From Candidatus Latescibacterota bacterium (GTDB lineage: Bacteria > Latescibacterota > UBA2968): DNA of 64,000 bases. The stretch lies in the NCBI GenBank assembly GCA_965207885.1, contig OZ242311.1, positions 4,960,001 through 5,024,000 on the forward strand, given 5' to 3'. The number at the start of each line of letters is the position of its first letter. Positions within the stretch are counted from its first letter, which is position 1. The notes under the pieces are model-generated. The model worked only from the letters and a program-made list of their open reading frames with translations, was not told where the DNA came from and made no database searches. Shown here one piece after another: positions 49,701 to 59,547 of this stretch. Made by a program: the position numbers and the translations under genes.

Positions 49701-50054
49701 ATCTGCGCGGACTTGATCGAGCCTGTCGCGCAAATGAATGCCAACGAGATCCATATCCGCATCCATTGCAAATTCCAGGCGAATGGTTGAAGAAGACGCA
49801 TTGGATGTGGATCCCATATTTTCAATACCGGGCATAGTGCCCAATATCTCTTCAATCGGTCGCGTGATAAACCGTTCAATTTCCTCGGGAGACGAAGAGG
49901 GATACCGGATAGACACAAAAAGAACCGGAAACGTCACGCTGGGCAAATATTCGAGCGGCAACTTGAACAGGGAAATAAAACCCATCACCACGAGACTAAG
50001 TGCAATCATAATAGTACTGATGGGCTTAAAAATGGCAAAGCGACTGAGCTTCAT
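46776..50054 (-). CDS. RND efflux transporter permease (AcrB/AcrD/AcrF family)
   Basis: SPEEIERFITRPIE, LNLISMMGL, GIVVNNGIVLVD, RLRPIMMT. Confidence 0.93.
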   Translation of the reverse strand: MKLSRFAIFKPISTIMIALSLVVMGFISLFKLPLEYLPSVTFPVLFVSIRYPSSSPEEIERFITRPIEEILGTMPGIENMGSTSNASSSTIRLEFAMDADMDLVGIHLRDRLDQVRADLPEDVDYIGIKSFDTEDIPALEYTVSWLGEDPEDLIAFYNQHLLPRLQRLDGVASVELRGLQQKDLLVEVDQRAMTAHKLDFRTINRALRRNNINISAGYVTDGDRRFAVRSVGEFETVDQIRNLPIRPNLALSDVAAVTYDYPPARRFDRLDGIPSLYLSVHKSSTANMVDVCKRARAELVRINEVVGKDKFRMLLVRDQSTDVIASITSLSHSAIMGGLLAVIAIFIFLRNFRSTLIIGSAIPISALTVFLIMYFLRQSGADITLNLISMMGLMVAIGMLVDPAVVALENIFRKCFDEGQSATQAALEGSEEIGLPVLAATLTTVCVFVPVIFVTDSGTSLFMRQFSVTVVVSVIASFCVALSLIPLAASRAFDKGGQTFDRVLKSIFVLAASVGVGAYIYYTDFSKIDYGDMWDAFARTIAALPLFAKIGFPAAIALVIFLYFRYRAIGARALYARVVANTLHYRWATLSVACVLLFLGNHIYGKIEQEPFRYQPTRAIRLTVEMPRTYDLAQASNTFKIAEDILIPLKEELDIEAIATKFNTGNRQGKRNALLTIYLTPAEESKLTTDEVQYRIIALLPKDIPGVRFRPRGGKSGGTAGVGVELKGRKQEILEVLAEDIEMSMQGMPGVHEIETSLETGMEEIRVVVNRERAQRYGISPRDIATNIASALGSRGASHFKTPHGELDITVQLREEDRANLEQLKTTAFESDKGGMVTFSSLADFNLIQGPNAISREDRMPTLTVFASTEQKAVFSVGQIMKARMEDVPLPEGYTYQMDRRFKSMDAKRDQDFETMIFALILIYIIMASLFESYVHPLTIMFCIFFAFIGVALGLYTFKIAMDSNAKYGLLVLFGIVVNNGIVLVDHINRYRKQGLVRRDAIIRGGQDRLRPIMMTATTTIIGLMPLVIPMLFGHAEGTARRWGPIGLVVVSGLSISTILTLVLLPTMYSLMDDLSQFARRVVAVGSRIDAD

Positions 50055-50075
50055 GGCTTATTTTTCATTTAGCGA

Positions 50076-51227
50076 TCAGGGCCACAGCGCATCGGTGGCC
50101 AGCAGGTTGGAAAACTGTGAAAAAGGAAGAATCTCAATACCATCTACAGTTTGCAATTCAGGCCCTCCGGGATAGACGACAATGCGTCGGCACAAACCCT
50201 TCAGGTCGGACAGTGCTCTCAATCCCTTGCACCAGGCTTCTGAAAATGTGCCGCCGGACTTGACCTCAATTGCAACAAATTCTCCCGCGCGTTTGAGCAG
50301 AAAATCGACTTCTGTTTGCGTCTGTGCAGCCGTTGCCCAGTAAAAGTACTCGTCACACAGATGACGATAATCTTTGTACGATCGAATCAACTGTGCAACC
50401 AGCCCTTCGAACAGGGCACCGCGTTCCTCTGGAGTTGGGGGCGTCGTAACCCTTTTCATAGCACGCACAATACCGGGATCACACCAGTACCATTTGGGCA
50501 ATTTGCGTTCGCGCACGCGCAATCTGGCTTCATAAGCCGGAAGTTGAAAGCAGAGAAGCGTTTCCTCCAGGATATCCAGATAACCCGTTACAGTCGTGCG
50601 TGCAACCTGAGCTTCTCTGGCAATATTGGCCACATTCAGGGTTTGCCCGTGAAAAAGCGCTGCAATCGGCAGAAAACGCGCGAATCCAGGAAGATTGCGC
50701 ACCAGAGCCTCAGCTTGAATCTCTTCTTTGAGATACATTTGCGTATAGGCAGTCAGCGTCTCTACTCTATCCTCTGAATCCCATACAATGGGTAATAAAC
50801 CGTGCTGCAAAGCATCGTCAAGTGCAAATCGTTCTCCCAATTCCTCGGGAATAAAGGGGTGCATCGCGCGATACAGGGCACGACCAGCAAGCAGGTTGAC
50901 ACCTGCTCGTTTGAGCTTTCTCGCACTCGATCCGCACAACACAAAGCGCAACCCCTTTTCCTCAATAAAACGGTGTACCTCATTGAGCAACGCAGGCAAT
51001 CTCTGTATTTCGTCTAAAACCACCCAGCGGTCACCGGGCACAGCCCGAAGTTCTGCAGACAGGAGACCTGGATTTGCAAGCAAACGCTGGTAAATATCTT
51101 CGGCGAGCAAATTGATGACGTGTGCATTGGGAAAAGCGATTCGCAAATACGTGCTTTTCCCAACACCGCGCGGACCCAAAAGAAAAAAGCTTTTTTTGGG
51201 TGCTTCAAAAATACGTGGAATTGTCAT
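50076..51227 (-). CDS. AAA ATPase with DUF4143 domain
   Basis: GPRGVGKST, LDEIQ, CGSS, LAGRA, EVDF...IEVK. Confidence 0.9.
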   Translation of the reverse strand: MTIPRIFEAPKKSFFLLGPRGVGKSTYLRIAFPNAHVINLLAEDIYQRLLANPGLLSAELRAVPGDRWVVLDEIQRLPALLNEVHRFIEEKGLRFVLCGSSARKLKRAGVNLLAGRALYRAMHPFIPEELGERFALDDALQHGLLPIVWDSEDRVETLTAYTQMYLKEEIQAEALVRNLPGFARFLPIAALFHGQTLNVANIAREAQVARTTVTGYLDILEETLLCFQLPAYEARLRVRERKLPKWYWCDPGIVRAMKRVTTPPTPEERGALFEGLVAQLIRSYKDYRHLCDEYFYWATAAQTQTEVDFLLKRAGEFVAIEVKSGGTFSEAWCKGLRALSDLKGLCRRIVVYPGGPELQTVDGIEILPFSQFSNLLATDALWP

Positions 51228-51390
51228 TTGACTACCTTATCGTCATTTTTCACAACAATTTGACGACAATATATACATATTTCACAGCTTGTCAAGGATT
51301 TGAGCTTCTCATTCACCATTGATTTTCGACGCACAATTGCGTATCCTGAAGTGCTCACAAATGCAAACGACACCAGAGAAAGGAAAGAAA

Positions 51391-52227
51391 ATGAAGCTCA
51401 CGTACATCATGTTCACAAAACACCTCGAAGGCATGGACGTTTCCGAAATCATCGAATCTCTCCAATCTGTCGGCGTACAGGGCGCAGATTTGTGTGTGCG
51501 AGAGGGATATCCTGTAAACCCAGACAATATCGATAAGGCACTACCCGAAGCTGCCAAACAGTTTGAAGCAGCAGGGCTGTGCATTCCACTCGTAACAGCC
51601 CCCGGCGATTTTAGTCGCCCGGACATCGATTACGCCGAGCGTTATTACGGCGCTCTCGGTGAAGCTGGCGTGGCGCACGTAAAACTGGGCTACTGGCATT
51701 GGTCAGATGCGAAACACTACTGGGATCAGCTGGATGAAATCCGGGGCTGGATGGAAAGCTTTGAGAAATTGTCGGAAAAACACGGCGTAAAAACCGTAGT
51801 ACACAACCATTCGGGCAAATCGATGGGACTAAACTCGTGTGCCGTCATGAACGTGGTCAAGGGATTCAACCCCGAACACATCGGCGTATTCTCCGACCCG
51901 GGACACCTGTCAATATGTGGCGAACCCATAGAAATGGCACTGGATATCGTGCGCGAATATCTCTCAGTCCTGGCATTTAAAGACCTGATTCGCCAGCGAC
52001 CTCTGGGACGAACTGTACAGGGGACGCCCACGGGTGGGACAATGCGACTGGGACAGGGATTTGGCGATTGGCCCGCAGTCGTAAAAACACTGGATCGATT
52101 AAACTTTGAAGGTCCCGTGAGTTTCCACAGCGAATACAGCGGTGAACCCATAGAAACCGTAATTGACCTGGCGCGCATTGATGTGCGCTTCTTCAACGCA
52201 ATGCGAGCAGAACACGAAAGCGCGTAA
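51391..52227 (+). CDS. Sugar phosphate isomerase/epimerase (TIM barrel)
   Basis: MFTKHL, HNHSG, DPGH, FKD, SFHSEY. Confidence 0.8.
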   Translation: MKLTYIMFTKHLEGMDVSEIIESLQSVGVQGADLCVREGYPVNPDNIDKALPEAAKQFEAAGLCIPLVTAPGDFSRPDIDYAERYYGALGEAGVAHVKLGYWHWSDAKHYWDQLDEIRGWMESFEKLSEKHGVKTVVHNHSGKSMGLNSCAVMNVVKGFNPEHIGVFSDPGHLSICGEPIEMALDIVREYLSVLAFKDLIRQRPLGRTVQGTPTGGTMRLGQGFGDWPAVVKTLDRLNFEGPVSFHSEYSGEPIETVIDLARIDVRFFNAMRAEHESA

Positions 52228-52230
52228 TCT

Positions 52231-53652
52231 GTGCCTAACCTTCTCTACATCTTCGCCGATCAACTCCGCCCGCAATCCTGTGGCTATATGGGCGACAACC
52301 GCGCCCGCACCCCCAATATCGACCGCCTATCATCTGAAGGCATCAACTTTGTCAACGCCACCTCGGTCTATCCCGTGTGCAGCCCGCATCGCGCATCCCT
52401 CTTTACGGGCTGTTATCCCACCACCAATGGCTACGTCATGAACGAATTGAGTGCCCGCACCGATTTGCCAACGCTTGCCGGCACATTGACGCAGAACGGC
52501 GTGAATTGTGCCTACATCGGCAAATGGCACATTTACGCAACCGAAGGCAAAGTTTATAAACAGGCCGGAGATTTTCACAAGAATCCCGCCAATCAATTCG
52601 TGCCCCCAGGCCCGCACCGACTGGGATTTGACCACTATTGGGCAGCCTACAACTTCAACCACACCTATTACAAGGGATTTTATTACGAAGACAAATTTGA
52701 ACGCATCGACATCCCTGCCTATGAACCCGATGCCATGACCGACCTCGCCATCTCCTATCTCGAAAACGCGCGCGAAAATCCAGAACCCTTCGCCCTCTTC
52801 GTCTCTTATGGCACACCTCATCAGCCCTGGAACTGGGACAACGTCCCCGAAGAATGGGGTATGCACTTCAAAGACATGGCCTTTGACCTGCCGCCAAATT
52901 ACCGGGACGGATCAGGAGAATACTGGCATGCATGGTTCGACCGTGATTGGTGGATGAAATCCGTCAAACCCAACCTCGTTGAATGGCAGCGAATCTATGC
53001 CGCTATGACTGCCAACCTCGACTGGAACGTGGGCCGAATTTTAGACGCGATAGACAGATTCGACCTCGCGCACGACACCCTCGTCGTCTTCACATCAGAC
53101 CACGGCGAAATGTTTGGCGCACACGGTCGCGTTCAGAAAAACATCTACTATGAAGAAGCCGCTCGCGTCCCCTTTCTCATGCGCTGGCCCAACCGAATCG
53201 CACCCAAAACCGAAAGCGATGCCTGCCTCAACACACCCGATATCATGCCCACGCTGCTCTCACTTATAGACGTCGATATCCCCGATGGTATCGATGGATT
53301 TGACCTTTCGCATTGCGCATTTGGTCAGCCTGGAAAAGAACCCGAAGTTGCATTTTTGCAGGGCATGGGTCCCAGCGTCGATTGGGACGATGGCTTTGAA
53401 TGGCGTGCCTTGCGCGACAAACAATATACCTATGCCATTGAAAAACATGGAGAATCCCTCTACAATCATCGCGAAGACCCCCTGCAATTGCACAATCTCG
53501 CCAGCAGCCCTGACCATGCCAGAACAATCCAGCATTACCGCGACCAGATTCGGACGCGCATGGACTCACTAAACGACACCTTTGAACCCACCACCTTTTA
53601 CCGCGATCACTGGATCGAAAATGGCCGCGTTATCAGAGGCGCACGCGATTGA
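52231..53652 (+). CDS. Sulfatase
   Basis: CSPHRASLFTG (CxPxR), GKWH, TSDHGE. Confidence 0.93.
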   Translation: MPNLLYIFADQLRPQSCGYMGDNRARTPNIDRLSSEGINFVNATSVYPVCSPHRASLFTGCYPTTNGYVMNELSARTDLPTLAGTLTQNGVNCAYIGKWHIYATEGKVYKQAGDFHKNPANQFVPPGPHRLGFDHYWAAYNFNHTYYKGFYYEDKFERIDIPAYEPDAMTDLAISYLENARENPEPFALFVSYGTPHQPWNWDNVPEEWGMHFKDMAFDLPPNYRDGSGEYWHAWFDRDWWMKSVKPNLVEWQRIYAAMTANLDWNVGRILDAIDRFDLAHDTLVVFTSDHGEMFGAHGRVQKNIYYEEAARVPFLMRWPNRIAPKTESDACLNTPDIMPTLLSLIDVDIPDGIDGFDLSHCAFGQPGKEPEVAFLQGMGPSVDWDDGFEWRALRDKQYTYAIEKHGESLYNHREDPLQLHNLASSPDHARTIQHYRDQIRTRMDSLNDTFEPTTFYRDHWIENGRVIRGARD

Positions 53653-53663
53653 GGAGACCACCA

Positions 53664-55094
53664 TTGACATCAAAACGCCCCAACATCCTCTGGATCTGCA
53701 CAGATCAACAACGCTACGACACCATCCACGCCCTCGGCAATGAACACATCCAGACGCCCAACCTCGACCGCCTCTGCGCCGAAGGCGTAGCATTCACACA
53801 TGCCCACTGCCAGAGCGCGATATGCACGCCCAGTCGTTCCAGCTTTCTCACCGGGCTATATCCCAGCACCGTACACGGCAATCGCAATGGCAATGCCTAT
53901 TTCCCGGCAAATGAACGCGTACAACTCATCACCAAACGCCTCGCAGATGCCGGATACGATTGCGGCTTATCGGGAAAACTCCATCTCGCCTCTGCCTGGA
54001 ACGGCGAAGAACAACGCGTTGACGATGGGTATCGCAAATTCTGGTATAGCCACTCACACAATCAGGGTATCGGAATTGGCAACCAGTACACCGACTGGCT
54101 CACCGAACAGGGCATAGACCTCGGCGACGTCTTTCAAACAAAAAAAGATGGCACATACGGCACCTATCGTCCCGACATGAATCCCCAATACCACCAGACC
54201 ACCTGGTGTGCGGACCGCGCCATAGAATTTATCGAATCCCCCCACAATGGTCCCTGGCTCATGAGCGTCAACCCCTTTGACCCGCACGGACCTTTTGACG
54301 CCCCCGACACACACAAATACAATCCCGCCGACTTGCCACCTCCGCTATTTTGCGAAAGCGACCTGCAAACACAAACGCGGCTCAAACGCTTCTTCGCAGG
54401 GCAAGAAGGCAACCCACCCGGCGACCGCGAACAGCACAACAAAGCGTCCTACTACGGCATGATCGCCCTCATCGACGAAAACGTCGGTCGCATGCTCAAC
54501 GCACTTGAGCGCACGGAACAACGCGAAAATACCGTGGTCATCTTCACGAGCGACCACGGCGAAATGCTCGGCGATCACGGCCTCACCGGCAAAGGTTGCC
54601 GCTTCTACGAAGCCCTCGTAAGGGTTCCTCTCATCATCTCATGGCCCGGCACCTTTCTCCAGGGCCACCGCGCAGATGACCTCACCGCGCTCTTAGACAT
54701 TGCGCCCACCCTTGCCGACCTCGCTGGCATCCCTCTCGAATGGACACACGGCAAATCCCTCATTCCCATTCTCACGGGCGAATATCCCGGGCACGCGCAC
54801 CACGAATTTGTGCGCTGTGAATACTACGATGTCGTCGATAAATTCGCCCCACACGCCTCTGAAAAACACAAACCCTGTTGGGCGACCATGTTGCGCAACA
54901 ACCGCTACAAACTCGTCGTCTATCACAACGAAGACTACGGCGAACTCTACGATCTTCGAGAAGATCCCGATGAATTTCACAACCTCTGTGAAGACCCATC
55001 CCACACAGATCTGAAATACCAGCTCATCAAACAAAACTTCGACCACACCGTTATATGCGCCGACCCCGGTCCCGAACGCATAGGAAGATATTAA
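53664..55094 (+). CDS. Sulfatase
   Basis: CTPSRSSFLTG, GKLH, TSDHGE. Confidence 0.93.
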   Translation: MTSKRPNILWICTDQQRYDTIHALGNEHIQTPNLDRLCAEGVAFTHAHCQSAICTPSRSSFLTGLYPSTVHGNRNGNAYFPANERVQLITKRLADAGYDCGLSGKLHLASAWNGEEQRVDDGYRKFWYSHSHNQGIGIGNQYTDWLTEQGIDLGDVFQTKKDGTYGTYRPDMNPQYHQTTWCADRAIEFIESPHNGPWLMSVNPFDPHGPFDAPDTHKYNPADLPPPLFCESDLQTQTRLKRFFAGQEGNPPGDREQHNKASYYGMIALIDENVGRMLNALERTEQRENTVVIFTSDHGEMLGDHGLTGKGCRFYEALVRVPLIISWPGTFLQGHRADDLTALLDIAPTLADLAGIPLEWTHGKSLIPILTGEYPGHAHHEFVRCEYYDVVDKFAPHASEKHKPCWATMLRNNRYKLVVYHNEDYGELYDLREDPDEFHNLCEDPSHTDLKYQLIKQNFDHTVICADPGPERIGRY

Positions 55095-55939
55095 GCGTTT
55101 CAATGGAGAGCGCAACATGAAATTCAAAACACCGTTAGACGTCAGACTCGCTTGCAGAGCCAACGAACTCGAAGGCTTCGCATCCCGAGCCCTTCCCGGT
55201 TACCTGTGCGTCAACGTCGCTTTTCTGGACATAGACTACGCCGACGATTTCGAGGCATTCTGTCGCGCCAACCCGAAACCCTGCCCGCTGATCGCTAAAA
55301 TGGAACCCGGCCAAACAGACTGTCCCAAGTATGCACGCGCCCTCGATATCCGAACCGACCTGGGTTCATACGACATCGTACGCGATGGCGAAGTCACCGA
55401 ACGCCGACAGGACATCGTGGACCTGTTCGACGACCGAACCGTTACCTTCCTGATCGGATCGAGCGTCTCCTTCGACGGCCTCCTGACCGAAAAAGGCTAC
55501 CCCGCCGCATTCGGACCGACCATTCAACTCACGTCGCTCCCGTGCAAAACAGTCGGGATCTTCTCGGGCAACATGGCCGTCACCATCCGCTCATTTGATC
55601 CGGCTATGATCGACGATGTATGGGAATTCACAAGCCACTTTCCCGGGTGTCACGGCGCCCCAATCGGAAGAAACAATGCGGACGAACTCGGTATTGAAGA
55701 ACTGAACGTCAACATGGACGGTCACCCGTTTGAAGTACCCGAAGGAACGGACCGCTTGTATTGGGCTTGCGGCATCACACCCCGCATTGTCGCCGAACAG
55801 GCCAGGCTCCCCTTCATGATATCCTACACCCCTGGCCACGCAATGATCACCGACATCCCGACAGAGAGCCTGTACCAGGCCTGACCTGAGATACCGTTAT
55901 ATGCGCCGATCCCGGTCCCAAACGCATAGGAAGATATTA
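55047..55939 (+). repeat. 47-bp direct repeats (55047-55093 and 55893-55939) flanking the DUF1445 gene
   Basis: ACCGTTATATGCGCCGA(C/T)CCCGGTCCC(G/A)AACGCATAGGAAGATATTA, 45/47 identical. Confidence 0.93.
55117..55884 (+). CDS. DUF1445 / D-glutamate cyclase-like putative hydro-lyase
   Basis: FCRANPKPCPL, HGAPI, WACGITP, PGHAMITD. Confidence 0.85.
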   Translation: MKFKTPLDVRLACRANELEGFASRALPGYLCVNVAFLDIDYADDFEAFCRANPKPCPLIAKMEPGQTDCPKYARALDIRTDLGSYDIVRDGEVTERRQDIVDLFDDRTVTFLIGSSVSFDGLLTEKGYPAAFGPTIQLTSLPCKTVGIFSGNMAVTIRSFDPAMIDDVWEFTSHFPGCHGAPIGRNNADELGIEELNVNMDGHPFEVPEGTDRLYWACGITPRIVAEQARLPFMISYTPGHAMITDIPTESLYQA

Positions 55940-55941
55940 GC

Positions 55942-57315
55942 ATGAACCAGCGCCCCAACATCCTACTCGTCATGAGCGACGAACACGACCCCGCAGTCAC
56001 CGGCTGTTACGGTCACCCCCATATCGAAACGCCACACATGGATCGCCTCGCATCCGAAGGCACCACCTTTGACAATGCCTATACCGCCTGCCCGATATGC
56101 GTACCGGCGCGCATGTCCTTTATGACTGGACAATACGTCCACCAGATCGGCACCTGGGACAACGGCTCACCCCTCGCGGGAACAATCCCCACAATGGGCA
56201 GCTACCTCGAAGCCGCGGGCTACGAAACCGCAGCCTGCGGCCGCACCCACTTCATAGGTCCCGAACGCCTGCACGGCTTTGGCGCGCGCCTCATGGACGA
56301 TGCAGAAAAATGGAAACACTGGAATATGGGTGCCCCCTCCCGCACACCCGACGCCCGGCGCGGCAGCAACAGCCACGTCACCGAATGCGGCCCCGGAGAA
56401 AACTGGCAAACCGACTACGACAGCACAGCTACCGACCTCTCCGAACGCTTTCTCAAATCTCGCGCGCAATACGCCGACCGCCCCTTTTTCCTCTACACCG
56501 GCTTCATAAATCCCCACTTCCCCCTCCTGTGCCCGCAAGAATACTTCGACCGATACTATCCCGACCGCGTCATCTTGCCACACACGAGAACCGAACCCTG
56601 CGAAACCCAGCATCCTTCCATCCAGCAACTCCGCTACTGGCTGCGCAACGAAGAACCCCTGCCCGACGCCATCTCCACCACTGCAACCGCGGCTTACTAC
56701 GGCCTCATCACTTTCACCGATTACCTCGTCGGTCGATTGCTCGACATAGTCGATAACTCATCCCTGCGCGACAACACCGTCGTCATCTACGTCAGCGACC
56801 ACGGCGAAATGGGCGGACACCACGGTATATGGCAAAAACAATGTTTCTACGAACACTCCGTGCGCGTCCCCATGATCATTCGCCACCCAAACGCTGCAGG
56901 CAACCAGCGCATCGCCGCAGGAGCCAACCTCATCGACATCCTCCCCACCCTACTCGATCTCGCCGAACAGGACCCCGCGCCATTGCCCGGCAGTAGCCTC
57001 CTGCCCGCCATCCTCGGACATCCCTTTCCCGACCGTCCCATCTTTAGCGAATACCACGCTCTCGGCGCGCTAACTGGCGGCTTCATGATCAAAAAAGGCG
57101 ATTGGAAATACATCCACTACGTAGGCCTGCCAGACCAGTTATTCAACGTCGCCAACGACCCCGACGAAACCGAAAATCGCGCCGACGACCCCACCTGTAC
57201 CGACATCCTCTCCGACCTCCGCGCCGACCTCCACAACATCGTCATACCCGAAGAAATCGACCAGCGCGCCAAAGCAAATCAAAAAATCAAAGGCATTAAC
57301 AGAGCAACCCGTTAG
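55942..57315 (+). CDS. Sulfatase (choline-sulfatase-like)
   Basis: CVPARMSFMTG, IGTWDN, HFIGP...HGF, SDHGE. Confidence 0.9.
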   Translation: MNQRPNILLVMSDEHDPAVTGCYGHPHIETPHMDRLASEGTTFDNAYTACPICVPARMSFMTGQYVHQIGTWDNGSPLAGTIPTMGSYLEAAGYETAACGRTHFIGPERLHGFGARLMDDAEKWKHWNMGAPSRTPDARRGSNSHVTECGPGENWQTDYDSTATDLSERFLKSRAQYADRPFFLYTGFINPHFPLLCPQEYFDRYYPDRVILPHTRTEPCETQHPSIQQLRYWLRNEEPLPDAISTTATAAYYGLITFTDYLVGRLLDIVDNSSLRDNTVVIYVSDHGEMGGHHGIWQKQCFYEHSVRVPMIIRHPNAAGNQRIAAGANLIDILPTLLDLAEQDPAPLPGSSLLPAILGHPFPDRPIFSEYHALGALTGGFMIKKGDWKYIHYVGLPDQLFNVANDPDETENRADDPTCTDILSDLRADLHNIVIPEEIDQRAKANQKIKGINRATR

Positions 57316-57326
57316 CTGTCAACTCT

Positions 57327-59495
57327 TTATGGTCCTAACACCTCGTACTCGCCTTGCGCCCATGCATCTAACCCCGACGTATAGAATTTGGAAAAACGGC
57401 GATCTGAAGCACCACCCGCGACATTTGCGTATAGCACATCCTCCCCAAAATCGCAAATCATTCGAAAAGTGGGTGCAAGCGCGCCGCCTTTGAACACGCC
57501 AGCCTGAGAAACCGTTGACCGACTCCCAATATTCGCAAGCGAATAATCAAAACCCAAAAACCTCGGCAACTTCCCCCTGAAAAAAATATGCTCAATATAA
57601 ACTTTACTCACTTTGCCGTGCGGCACGGCTTTTTTTCTTAACCCGCGTTCAATCGCCATTTGATAAAGAACCTCACGCGGCTGATCTCCAAACCAGACCG
57701 ATGCCTCGCTCAAAAGAATGCGATCAAAATATCCGTGCAGAACACTGAACAGCGTCGTACCATCCAGCAAAAACGTCACCATCTCGCGCCCCAAACCATT
57801 ATCCCCAAAAACGAGCAAAACCAATTTGCGATAAACGCGCTCAAAAAGCGTCGCACCCAGAGAATCCGCATCATAACACAAATCCCACTCCTGCAATATA
57901 TTCCCGTTTTCTGATTCGGGTAATAACGGACGTATAACCGCCATAAACTCCCTGGCCTGAAGCGCGTAAAGATCGCAGTGAATCCGCTTCATATCCTCTA
58001 CTGTCAAATCATCCTTCTCCCGCAACATCTCGCAAATTCGATCCACGCGATAAGACGAAATCGACAACTTCATTGGCGCGAACTGCCCCATAGAATTGAG
58101 ATCCTGATTTGCCGTCGCAATAAAATCGCATTCTGGATTAATCGCACGCGGATACAATATTGGATCCACCATCCCATCCCAATTCTGTTTCTCATCCCAA
58201 CCCAAATACGGAAGCAAACCCGATGAACCTTCGGGTTGTTTGGGCACCAGCCCCCCGAGTTGATATCCAATATTCCCCCCCCGATCAGCAAACACCCAAT
58301 TAAACGGCGCAAACGTCAACCCCGCAAAATAATCCCGTGCCTCTTCAACGCCTTTTGACTTTGTAATCCGCAAAACACAATCCAGCGAATCCGCACCCGT
58401 CCCCTTTTGCTGCTTACCCGTCCACGCATAACACAGGTAAAACCCATCCTCATTGACCTCACCCTCCAACAAGCCGCGTTCCGTCTCGCAAACGCGCAAC
58501 CCTATCGGATCCCGCTTCCTGGGCCGAATAACCTCTTCTCGCACGCGCAAAGGCACCCATTTATCCCCACATCTATACTTCCCATCCTTCACCTCCTCCA
58601 AAAAATAATCACACACATCGGCGGTACCATAGGTCGCTGCCCACGACAGATGGGGTGACCGTCCCATAGCCACAACCGGCAACCCTGGCAGCGTCGCACC
58701 CATCAAATAATCATCGCCCCCAGACAGAACCGCCAGATACCACACCGAAGGCAATTGCAATTGCAGATGCGGATCTCCGCACATCATCGCCCATCCAGAT
58801 GCCGTCTTTGACGGACGCACAGCCCAATTATTGCTCGCGGAAAAATCGGGCAACAAATCGCGCCACACCACAGATGATGGAATCATCGGACGCACCAGAC
58901 GCACTTTCTTTATCAGATCGATGTACTCTTCTGATACATCATCCCGAATCGCTGGAAAAAGTTCCTTCAATCGCTCTGTATCCACGCCCTTCTGAATCAA
59001 CTGAACAATCAACTTCTCCATATCGCCCTGCATTTGCGAAAGCCCAACAAAACCGATCAGCTTGACCATCAGCAAGGCATCTGCCGGCGTCCAGTCATCT
59101 GGTCGATACCCCATCAGCTTAAATTCAAAAGGCGTTCCCGTTGCGCGCACCGCCTGATTCACCCCCTTGCAATACGCATCCAGAACCGCTTGCACATCAG
59201 GTGACAAACGTCGCACTTCCCGATCCGCATCACCCGCTATATCGAGCCAGCGCATAAATCGATCTACCTCAATCAACTCGTCATCCGCTTTCAGATATGC
59301 AGACGCATTCCCGCGCCCAATGAGCTTGAGCAACCACATGTGCATCTGCCTATCCCGGCCATGTGCATACCCCAGACCGTAATACCGATCCTCCTCCTCC
59401 CCCGCCGAAATATGCGGAAACCCATGCGCCATCCGCTCAATGCACACCTCGCCTTTAATACCTGGTATCACAATTTTTTTTGCATCGCGTTTCAT
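57327..59495 (-). CDS. Penicillin acylase family (Ntn hydrolase)
   Basis: GFPHI, GYAHGRDR, SNNWAV nucleophile, DPHL, TANQ. Confidence 0.9.
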   Translation of the reverse strand: MKRDAKKIVIPGIKGEVCIERMAHGFPHISAGEEEDRYYGLGYAHGRDRQMHMWLLKLIGRGNASAYLKADDELIEVDRFMRWLDIAGDADREVRRLSPDVQAVLDAYCKGVNQAVRATGTPFEFKLMGYRPDDWTPADALLMVKLIGFVGLSQMQGDMEKLIVQLIQKGVDTERLKELFPAIRDDVSEEYIDLIKKVRLVRPMIPSSVVWRDLLPDFSASNNWAVRPSKTASGWAMMCGDPHLQLQLPSVWYLAVLSGGDDYLMGATLPGLPVVAMGRSPHLSWAATYGTADVCDYFLEEVKDGKYRCGDKWVPLRVREEVIRPRKRDPIGLRVCETERGLLEGEVNEDGFYLCYAWTGKQQKGTGADSLDCVLRITKSKGVEEARDYFAGLTFAPFNWVFADRGGNIGYQLGGLVPKQPEGSSGLLPYLGWDEKQNWDGMVDPILYPRAINPECDFIATANQDLNSMGQFAPMKLSISSYRVDRICEMLREKDDLTVEDMKRIHCDLYALQAREFMAVIRPLLPESENGNILQEWDLCYDADSLGATLFERVYRKLVLLVFGDNGLGREMVTFLLDGTTLFSVLHGYFDRILLSEASVWFGDQPREVLYQMAIERGLRKKAVPHGKVSKVYIEHIFFRGKLPRFLGFDYSLANIGSRSTVSQAGVFKGGALAPTFRMICDFGEDVLYANVAGGASDRRFSKFYTSGLDAWAQGEYEVLGP

Positions 59496-59547
59496 ATTGT
59501 AACCCAAAAAAAACGAAGCACTTGTCAATGCTCCGCTTTTTTTATTT

